A DNA stretch of 64,000 nt from Octopus sinensis (taxonomy: Eukaryota): the NCBI RefSeq assembly GCF_006345805.1, contig NW_021833753.1, positions 1-64,000 of the forward strand. The letters run 5' to 3'. Positions 53,878 through 64,000 of this stretch are shown here, piece after piece. Made by a program: the position numbers and the translations under genes. Positions within the stretch are counted from its first letter, which is position 1. Every line of letters starts with the position of its first letter. A model generated the notes under the pieces. The model did not search any database, was not told the origin of the DNA, and worked only from the letters and a program-made list of their open reading frames with translations.

Positions 53878-54375
53878 CTTTGCATTTGATTTTTTAATGT
53901 CTCTACCCCTACTTTCGTGGGTTGAATTGAGCAAGCACTATATGAGAGAGGTTTGTTTTTCTTAAGTATTAGAAATAGTTTTAAAAAAGTTTTTTTAGTG
54001 CTATTTCTAATGAGTTCAGTATGGCGGCAAAGTAATTTATTTTACTAAGCCCTTTTATATAATGTAATAATTTGAATTCGCCTTAAATGGTCCCTTTGCA
54101 TACTGAATACTTGGTGAAATTGATTAATTAATTAATTTTACCCTCAATTGTTGAAATTATAATTCATCTCTCTCTATTTAATAATGCCTCGGATTTTACC
54201 GAAAAAAGCATAGTGTTTGCTGATTTTAACCCACGCTGTGGAAAGGGGAGAGCAGAAATTCTTCGCTTGCATATTTGAGTTTGCTGGCACTGTTAGTTTC
54301 GAGCAGATCTTCAGAAGCGATAAGAAGCCGAAAGGGTATGCTCCCACTTTCAGTGTTTTCAAATCCAACCAGGGA

Positions 54376-54438
54376 GTTCTGAGCTGATGATAGAAGTGTC
54401 GAGTTTGACTAATCTTGAAACGTACGTTCTCAAATAAC
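54376..54438 (+). ncRNA. Type I hammerhead ribozyme variant
   Basis: Identical to the 53263 motif. Predicted cleavage after 54428. Confidence 0.65.
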
Positions 54439-54720
54439 CTTTGCATTTGATTTTTTAATGTCTCTAAACACCCATACTTTCGTGGGTTGAATTGGGCAAG
54501 CACTATATGAGAGAGGTTTTCTTTAAGTATTAGAAATAGTTTTAAAGTTTTTTTAGCTGCTATTTCTAATGAGTTCAGTATGCGGCAAAGTAATTTATTT
54601 TACTAAGCCCTTTTATATAATGTAATATTTGAATTCGCCTTAAATGGTCCCTTTGCATACTGAATACTTGGTGAAATTGATTAATTAATTAATTTTACCC
54701 TCATTGTTGAAATGATATAT

Positions 54721-54756
<36 letters not shown>

Positions 54757-55709
54757 ACAATATATTTATATATAAATACATAACAAAAGGTGTTGTATTT
54801 TCACGCGGGAAAATACAGGAAAATTTGTTGTTGGAAATGCAACTGAATTTGAAAAACCTGTAATTGTTTTTAAATAAATTTATTTACATACATACCAATC
54901 TATTTACAACAATATCATTTGTTGGTAACAATTTTAAATTGCGAAGTAGAAAAACTTGTTTAAAAGATTCAATTTTTACAAGATTCAATAATGTGAAATA
55001 GGATTTAAGTGTTCACAATATTCAATAATAAAAAAATGTGGATTATTGTGTTTAAATGCAGAAAATTCAATAGTGTTACAAGCGATTGATAAGAAAAGCG
55101 GATGACCAAAGGTTCGATAATCCGGAGTTAAAAGGGAGAAAAACAATGGAGAAATGAAGACAGTAAAAAACGAGGGTGTTGTTAAAGGATCTGGGATGCC
55201 TTTTCCGTCGCCTTATTACTCTGGTGAACGGTCATTTGGTTGTATTTACTAAAGTTGTTTTGATCGGAGGTAAAATACCATTGGGCTAGAGTTTGGTGAC
55301 GTCAGCAACTAGTGTTTTTTATGGTGAATTACAGTTGTGGTTTCGAAACCCGCTTGGAAGACTGATATCAACGTTTAAATTATGTCTGTTGTATCTGGGT
55401 GTTTTTTTTTCTGTGGTAAAATTGTTTTTTGCCTTTTTCTTTTTAGTGTTTATTCTACTTTCTAAAAGATATTCGGTCATGGATACATACATACAAACAC
55501 ACACCCATACACACACACGCCCACACCCACACACACACACACCCACACTTATATATATATATATATATACATACACACCTACACACATTTATATATATAT
55601 ATATGAATACATACACACATGCATACACACATACACATACCTACATATATATGTAGATATATCGAAATAACTATATGCATATATATCTATATGTATATAT
55701 TATGTATGT

Positions 55710-55740
<31 letters not shown>

Positions 55741-55837
55741 ACATACATTTATATGTATATTTATATCATGTGTATTAACATATAAACGTGTATGCCATAT
55801 ATATATATATATATGTATAGATGTACATATAATATAT

Positions 55838-55919
<82 letters not shown>

Positions 55920-56429
55920 CGATATGCATATAATATGAAATTATAATATACACTATAAATTATACGAAAGCAGAGAGCGGTCTCTGGGAAGGGAATTTGC
56001 TTTTAGTTTGATGGTCGAGTATCCTATTTATCACGACAGACTTACACACCACACATCGTTTCACATCAACAGAACAACCAATAATACAACAGGCACCACC
56101 ATCACCATCACCGCCGTCGCCGCCAACACCAGCAGCAACAACAAACGTAACGTAGCCGCACACAATATAATATAAATTATCAAAAGATTGGAAACTATAT
56201 TTTCTCACATAATAAATTTGAATATTAATGAAGTATTTAAGTGTTTTCACTTCCTGATTTTTTAAACTTTATCTTTTGCTATCTAAGCTTTGCGTTATTT
56301 TTAGAAAAAACTAAAACAAAGTCACAATGTGTTGCATTAAATTGTTTCTCTGCATCTTTGTTGTCTAAGTTGTTTTATAAAAAATATATTAGTTTTATTA
56401 CCAGTGGAGTGGTTTTTGCTGTCCATATT

Positions 56430-56523
56430 TTTATTATTATAATTATTATCATTATTATTGTTGTTGTTGTTGTTATTATTATTATTATTATTATCATTAT
56501 TATTAATATTATTATTATTATTA

Positions 56524-56572
<49 letters not shown>

Positions 56573-56640
56573 TATTATTATAATTATTATTATTATTATT
56601 ATTGTTATTATTATTATTATTATTTTATTATTATTATTAA

Positions 56641-56674
<34 letters not shown>

Positions 56675-56735
56675 TTGTTATTATTATTATTATTCTTACT
56701 ATTATTATTATTATTATTATATATTATATTATTAG

Positions 56736-56786
<51 letters not shown>

Positions 56787-57222
56787 TTAAGGCCGTGAGC
56801 TGGCAGAATCGTTAGCACGCCGGGAAAAATTGTTAGAGGTATTCCTCTGTCGGTACGTTCTGAGTTCAAATGCCGCCGAGGTCGACTTTGCCTTTCAACC
56901 TTTCGGCGTCGATAAATCATATACCAGCTGAACACAGGGGCCGACTTAATCACTTCCCCCAAAACGGCTGCCCTTGTGGAAAATTTGAAAATATTATTAG
57001 TTTTTATTATGATTATTATCATTCTTGCTGTTGCTGTTGTTGTTGTTGTTCTTTTTTTTTCTTCTTCTTCTTTTCCCTTCTCTCTTCTTCTTCTTCTTCT
57101 TCTTCTTCTTCTTCTTCTTCTTCTTCTTCTTCTTCTTCTCTCTTCTCTTTTCTTCTTCTTCTTCTTCTTCTCCTTCTTCTTCTTCTTCGTCTTGTTGTTA
57201 TTGTTCTTCTTCTTATTATTAT
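56430..57222. repeat. (TTA)n and (CTT)n microsatellites with a family A SINE at about 56790-56995
   Basis: Directly visible. Confidence 0.9.
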
Positions 57223-57224
57223 TT

Positions 57225-57850
57225 AGGCGGTGAGCTGGCAGAACCGTTAGCACACCGGGCGATATCCTTAGTGATATTTCGTCTGTCGGTACGTTCTGAG
57301 TTCAAATTCCGTCGAGGTCGATTTTCCTTTCATCCTACAGCGATCGATAAATTAATTACCATTTGAACACTGGTACTAATTCTATTGATTTATTGTAATC
57401 GACTTCTCCCGCTTCCCTAAGCTGCCCTTGAAGCAGAATAATGGAGATCATAATTATCATCATCATAATCAAGGCGGCGAACTGTTTCAATAGTTAGCAC
57501 GCCGGGCGAAAGGCTTTGCGGTATTTCGTCCGCCGCTGCGTTCTGAGCTCAAATTCCGCCGATGTCGACTTTGTCTTTCATCCTTTCGGGGTCGATAAAT
57601 TAAGTACCAGTTACACACTGGTGTCGATGAAGTCGACTTAATCCGTTTGTCTGTCCTTGTTTGTCCCCTCTGTGTTAAGCCCCTTGTAGGTAGTAAAGAA
57701 ATAGGTATTTCGTCTGTTGCTACGTTCTGAGTAGATGTTCTGTCGAGGCGTATAGAGTATCGGAGTTGACAAATAAGTTGAGCCTTGAGGTCAATGTAAT
57801 CGACTCGTCCCCTCCACGAAAATGGTTGCTCCTGAGGCAAAACTCCAAAC
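57225..57850 (+). mobile_element. Tandem family A SINEs (57225-57440; 57473-57850 chimeric)
   Basis: Two heads. The second copy has the same AAAGAAATA|GGTATTTCGTC re-entry junction as 658-1017. Confidence 0.8.
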
Positions 57851-57864
57851 CATTATTATTATTA

Positions 57865-58556
57865 TCCTTTTTTTAACTTTTCACCTGCATCTTCGTTACA
57901 GTCACTTGCTGAGACACACCTAGCGTCCTGGGGGGGAGTGAAGGATAAGGGATGTTATAATATGACTGAAACATTGAGATGGGAGGTAATGAAATATCTT
58001 CATGTAATACAACACAGACGTGTAAATGGATAGGGTTTTTCTAAGGATGTGGGCAGTATTTATCAGTACAATCTTTTGGATTTATCTGTGACATGGTTTT
58101 CCTGGGACCTTATCTAGATGTTTCTGACATACCTTTCCTATCATACATAGGGCATCTACAGTAACAGGAACAGTTACCTTCTTCAGATGCCACGCCTCTT
58201 TTATTTCAATTTCAAGATCCTTATATTTACATAGTTTGAAAAATTCCATGACAAATATATATCTATCTGTGGGAACACATACATCTATTAGTACAAGTAT
58301 TTTCTTCCTCTCTTTAATAATTATATCTGGACATTTAGCCTGTATCGTTCTGTCAGTGTTGACTGGAAAATCCCAGAGGATTATGACATTTTTAACTTCA
58401 ACAACTGGTTAAGGATGATGTTCGTATTAGTAAATAGGAGTACAGATTTTGTAGTGTTTACGTATTTTCCAATGTAAATACTGTCCTACCTTATCGTGGC
58501 GATTTTTACATAGGTCAGCACAGGACATCACAAGAGGAGATGATCTATTGTTTCGT
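57865..58556 (-). mobile_element. 5'-truncated R4/Dong-like LINE (zinc-knuckle end plus endonuclease)
   Basis: Minus-strand ETIDHLL..CPVL..RHDKVGQYLHWKI...ILWDFPVNTDRTIQAKCPDIII...KYKDLEIEI...TAHILRKTLSI, flanked by (TTA)n. Confidence 0.9.
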
Positions 58557-58570
58557 CGACGTCATCATCA

Positions 58571-58633
<63 letters not shown>

Positions 58634-58635
<2 letters not shown>

Positions 58636-58790
58636 GCGTGAGAGTGCAGTGCACGCCATCAAAGTGACACTGGGGTAAAATATACGAAGCCCAGTATACC
58701 CACCATGACTACCCGTCGGATAAGGGTACACTAGGTACATGCATCACAACCATATGTGCGCGACAGGTGGGGACCAGTTAGAATTTTCTT
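58634..58790 (-). mobile_element. 3' fragment of the 5217-5687 repeat in (TTA)n
   Basis: Reverse complement of CCCCAGTGTCACTTTGATGGC..GCACTG..CTCTCAC. Confidence 0.75.
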
Positions 58791-58793
58791 GTG

Positions 58794-58900
<107 letters not shown>

Positions 58901-59364
58901 TCGGAGGTTCACCGGGCTAACTCTAAATTTCGTCTGTCGTTAGTCACTGTGTTCAAGTTCCACGGAGGTCAACATAGTCTTTGAACATTTCAAATTCGAT
59001 GAGCACATGGATCAATGAGCACAAGGGTCGGCCTGCATGAACACAGGGGCCGATTAGGTCGAGTGCTCGCCTCCCACAAAATTTCATGCCTTCAGCCTAT
59101 AGTAGAAAGGAATACTATCATTATCGACGTTAGTTGATAATAATAATCCGAAGTAGTTGTTGACGAGGATGTTGTTCTTCGTTGTGGATTCTCACTCGTT
59201 ATTTTAAGTTGTTTTCGAACAAGTGCCGTTTTATTTGTGCAGACACTTGTCTATTCTAAAACATGAGCTACACCGTGTATTGTGTATCCCCATATATATA
59301 CATATATAGCTACACATACCCACACTCATATACATCCATCGATATATATATACGTATATATATA

Positions 59365-59492
<128 letters not shown>

Positions 59493-59544
59493 CAACATAT
59501 ATATATATTACAGCACATATAAGTAGCTTTAAGAAGAAAAAGAT

Positions 59545-59580
<36 letters not shown>

Positions 59581-59857
59581 TACAGAATAGTTCATATAAT
59601 ATACATAATGCGCGTTTGCTATTGATATTTGTATACTTAATCTCTTTTTTTTTTTGTATTAATAATTATCATAATTGTTTTGATTTCATAATACCTATTA
59701 CTTTTATCAAACGATATTAAATGCCTGAAAGGAAAAACAAATACAAAAATACAAAAAATACAATATATTTTGGCAATGTAAGAATTTAAGCAAATTATGT
59801 AAAGTTATATAAAAATGGAAAATAAATTGTCAGAATGTGTTGTTGCCGACTGGGTCT

Positions 59858-60046
59858 TTTAGTTTACTCTTTTAATCTTTTAATTGTTTTTATATTCCGA
59901 CTGCGGCCATGCGGGTGCACCGCCTTTAGTCGAGCAAGTCGATTCCGGGACTTATACTATTGGTCTCCTTTGCCGAACCGCTTGGTTATGGGGACGTAAA
60001 CACACCAGTATTGGTTGACAAGTGATGCTGGGGGGACAAATACAGA

Positions 60047-60104
<58 letters not shown>

Positions 60105-60317
60105 CACACACACGCACACACACATATATATATATATATATATACGTATATACAACGGGCTTCTCTCAGTTTCTGCCTACCAAATCCACCTGCAAGGCTT
60201 TGGTCGGCCCGCGGCTATAGAAGAAGACACTGGCCTAATGTGCCACGCAGTGGAACTGACCCCGGAACCATGTGGTTGGGAAGCCAGCTTCTTACCACAC
60301 AGCCACTCCTGCGCCTA
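59858..60317 (-). mobile_element. Full-length family B SINE
   Basis: Complete head, (CA)n/(TA)n centre and tail. Confidence 0.9.
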
Positions 60318-60721
60318 TTTATTTAATCATTTAAGAAGGGGAATGTTTTCTCATAATAGCAGACGATAATTAATATAACCTATATAAGATAATGCCCTAT
60401 CTTTTCCCTTTTCTTTCCAATTGTTTACATACCATTACATCTGTTGCTTATCTTTGCACCGCCATTTGTCAGAGAATTTCGATGTTTCAAACATTTTCAC
60501 ACGTTCCGAAACTGTAATTAACACACCTTTGATATTTTCTTGATAAAGATCATTTGCTTGTTGTTGTTGTTGTTGTTGTTGTTTTTCTTCTTCTTCTTCT
60601 TCTTCTTCTTCTTCTTCTTCTTCTTCTTCTTCTTCTTCTTCTTCTTCTTCTCCTCCTTCTTCTCCTTTTCCTCCTCCTTCCTCTCCTCCTCCTCCTCCTC
60701 CTCCTCCTCCTCCTTCTTCTT

Positions 60722-60752
<31 letters not shown>

Positions 60753-61017
60753 TTATTATTATTATTATCTTTATTAGGGTGATGGTGTGGCAGTATCGTC
60801 ACCGGAAAAATTCTTTTGGGGCCCTTCTTCCGACAGTGCCTTCTGAGTTCAAATACTACCAGGGTCGGCATTGCCTTTACCCCCTTTTAAACGGGTCGAT
60901 ACAATGAGTACGACCTAAAGAATGGGGTCCATATAATCGTCTTATCCCTCACTCCTTACATTTATGACCTTATGCCAAAGTTTGAAACCATTATCATTAT
61001 TATTATTATTATTATTA

Positions 61018-61056
<39 letters not shown>

Positions 61057-61353
61057 GTTGTTGTTGTGTTTCTGTTGATTCAATTAGGAATGCTATGTTA
61101 TGCCTATGTATATACATGTTTCTATATCTGTATGTCTATATAAGTATGCATATGTATGTATGTATGTATATATATACATATATGTATGCATTGTTTGCGA
61201 AGAATTGGCGCGATGAATGCAAAATGCATAACATAATGCAAGCAAAATGAAATCATTCCAACTTCTCTTAGATTCTTATTGAAACACTATCGATATGTTC
61301 TCTCGGTGTTGTAGCGTATAGCGTAAATGCGGGAAACGTATATATTAGATACC

Positions 61354-61605
61354 TATTTCTTTACTACCCACAAGGGGCTAAACACAGAGAGGACGAACAA
61401 GGACAGGCAAACGGATTAAGTCAATTATATCGACCCCAGTGCGTAACTGGTACTTATTTAATCGACCCCGAAAGGATGAAAGGCAAAGTCGACCTCGGCG
61501 GAATTTGAACTCAGAACGTAACGGCAGACGAAATACCGCTAAGCATTTCGCCCGGCGCGCTAACGTTTCTGTCAGCTCGCCGCCTTCGCCAGCTCGCCGC
61601 CTTCT
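61354..61605 (-). mobile_element. Young family A SINE with a perfect 15-bp TSD and a duplicated 5' tip
   Basis: TSD TATATATTAGATACC at 61339-61353 and 61606-61620. CAGCTCGCCGCCTTC occurs twice at the 5' end. Confidence 0.92.
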
Positions 61606-61661
61606 TATATATTAGATACCGTCATTGTGAGATCACATCTGAGGAAATATTTAACTAGTGG

Positions 61662-63003
61662 TGGTGATAATTATTATGGCCGGACTGCAGGAATAGAGTC
61701 CATTTGCCACACTTCCCGATCCATTTTCACTACCTTGTTGGCCTGGATATATTAAAGGGCAGTATTAAAGTGGTTTCAACAAGACATATCTGGATGCTTG
61801 CAGATGAGAGTGGCAGGAATAAAGTCCATTTGCCACACTTCCCGATCCATTTTCACTACCTTGTTGGCCTGGATATATTAAAGGGCAGTATTAAAGTGGT
61901 TTGAACAAGACATATCTGGATGCTTGCAGATGAGAGTGGCAGGAATAAAGTCCATTTGCCACACTTCCCGATCCATTTTCACTACCTTGTTGGCCTGGAT
62001 ATATTAAAGGGCAGTATTAAAGTGTTTCAACAAGAACATATCTGGATGCTTGCAGATGAGAGTGGCAGGAATAAAGTCTTTGCCACACTTCCCGATCCAT
62101 TTTCACTACCTTGTTGCCTGGATATATTAAAGGGCAGTATTAAAGTGGTTTGAACAAGACATATCTGGATGCTTGCAGATGAGAGTGGCAGGAATAAAGT
62201 CCATTTGCCACACTTCCCGATCCATTTTCACTACCTTGTTGGCCTGGATATATTAAAGGGCAGTATTAAAGTGGTTTCAACAAGACATATCTGGATGCTT
62301 GCAGATGAGAGTGGCAGGAATAAAGTCCATTTGCCACACTTCCCGATCCATTTTCACTACCTTGTTGGCCTGGATATATTAAGGGCAGTATTAAAGTGGT
62401 TTGAACAAGACATATCTGGATGCTTGGCAGATGAGAGTGCAGGAAAAAGTCCATTTGCCACACTTCCCGATCCATTTTCACTACCTTGTTGGCCTGGATA
62501 TATTAAAGGGCAGTATTAAAGTGGTTTGAACAAGACATATCTGGATGCTTGCAGATGAGAGTGGCAGGAATTTGCCACACTTCCCGATCCATTTTCACTA
62601 CCCTGTTGGCCTGGATATATTAAAGGGCAGTATTAAAGTGGTTTGAACAAGACATATCTGGATGCTTGCAGATGAGAGTGGCAGGAATAAAGTCCATTTG
62701 CCACACTTCCCGATCCATTTTCACTACCCTGTTGGCCTGGATATATTAAAGGGCAGTATTAAAGTGGTTTCAACAAGACATATCTGGATGCTTGCAGATG
62801 AGAGTGGTGCAAACACTGACGAGATCCTTGCACTTGTATTTGCCTGATCTTCTCTCTAACTTCCGGCTGGTTTCCAAAAAGGCATTCGTTTGTTATATGT
62901 TGGGGTCCATTAGAGCGATTCGTAACATCCTTATGTAGCGTCCATTTATCCCGTTTGATAATTTCTTTGTCAGTGTTTGTGTTTCAAAGCCATATGATAG
63001 AAC
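61662..63003 (-). mobile_element. Decayed RTE-group LINE 3' end containing the 126-bp array
   Basis: Minus-strand VLSYGFETQTLTKKL..GRYIRMLRIAL / ITNECLFGNQPEVREKIRQ..CLHHSHLQASRYVLLKP / KMDREVW..SIPAVRP** follows the RTE-type C-terminus (LYGCETWTL..TNEELYG..MxDRxxW). Confidence 0.8.
61688..62807. repeat. Tandem array, 9 copies of a 126-bp unit
   Basis: Unit starts at 61688, 61814, 61940, 62066, 62189, 62315, 62440, 62565 and 62682. Confidence 0.95.
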
Positions 63004-63479
63004 TTATAAGAATAATGATTTGGATAAGAAACAACATCATCGTGATGATAATGCTTTTGATTTTGTATTAATTTCATGAACAAATTAACGAGGTAGAGCA
63101 CAGACGGAACCGTTTACAATCGGAAGAGTATTCAAATAGTTTTGTTCTGCAATATTCTTTAATATAAAGTAAACAACAGACAGTATAGCGTTAGAAAACA
63201 CCTCCATTTGCGCTTACGTGTTAAAAAATAGATATATCGAATCCATACGAGTGATAAAATTTTGCTGCCGACTGTTAAATCTTTTTATGGTTTTTAAAGA
63301 TATATTTAAATATACATATACCAACACGTGCACGCGTATACAAATACACAAATAGTTTTTCGATACAGCGGCAAAAGTTGTTGTTTAAATCTATTTCAAT
63401 TAAATAATATGATGCCTACCTTTATGCACATATGTAGGTATATGCAAGTATATATTTGTACACCAATAGCTATGTCCGC

Positions 63480-63590
63480 ACAAATATACATACATACATG
63501 CATAGATACATACACACATACCTACAGACATACATACATACATACATACATTATATATATATATGCTCATGTTGTATATATATATATACA

Positions 63591-63622
<32 letters not shown>

Positions 63623-63629
63623 TACACAC

Positions 63630-63671
<42 letters not shown>

Positions 63672-64000
63672 TATATAGTGTGTGTGTGTGTTTCTCTCTC
63701 TCTCTCTGTATTTGTATATATTTGTGTAATTATAGGTTATATATATTTTTTTTTTTATGCATATAATATATATACATTTCTATATATATATGCATATATA
63801 TATGTATATTATATATAATTATGTATATGTACATATATATATATATACATATATATATGCATATTATATATATTATATATATATATATATATATACACAT
63901 ATATATGCATGTAGGTATGTGTGCAGATTTATGCATTTACATATGCATATATAAATATATGTATATATATATATGTGTGTGTATGTGTGTGTGTGTTTGT
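63480..64000. repeat. (CATA)n/(CA)n/(TA)n low-complexity tract
   Basis: Directly visible. Confidence 0.9.

Larger units (their letters stand above)
52836..54713 (+). mobile_element. Second hammerhead-bearing tandem element: about 3.4 copies of a ~555-bp unit in (TA)n
   Basis: Units start at 52836, 53394, 53944 and 54509. One hammerhead motif per full unit and no recognisable protein. Confidence 0.8.

Noticed and set aside
53051-54503. ORFs inside the 555-bp unit as Penelope RT or GIY-YIG remnants
   Set aside because: No recognisable motifs, and frames are not conserved between copies.
61704-62847. 42-aa tandem-repeat protein (MLADESGRNKVHLPHF...)
   Set aside because: Antisense to a LINE remnant and broken by TGA in G-type units and by indels.

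Overview
AT-rich, microsatellite-saturated animal DNA with no host protein-coding exon that I can support. The repeat complement (three tRNA-headed SINE groups, R4/Dong-like, RTE and CR1 LINE remnants, huge tri-, di- and tetranucleotide tracts) strongly suggests an Octopus genome, intronic or intergenic; the organism is inferred, not proven. Nearly all listed ORFs are microsatellite translations. Main discovery: two unrelated non-coding ~535-bp and ~555-bp tandem-repeat elements (19325-21095, 52836-54713), both embedded in (TA)n. Every full unit carries a type I hammerhead ribozyme with a short palindromic stem III, and one element has the inverted-plus-tandem architecture of Penelope-like pseudo-LTRs. 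Several degenerate hammerhead-like motifs sit in other (TA)n-associated inserts. Together these point to a family of retrozyme-like, non-autonomous Penelope-type elements. Other notable structures: a 9x126-bp satellite born from the 3' end of a dead RTE LINE, a 24-unit 22/23-bp minisatellite, a 1.25-kb tandem duplication bounded by (CA)n, and recurrent SINE chimeras joined at GGTAT. Coordinates were read by eye and are approximate for degenerate repeats.
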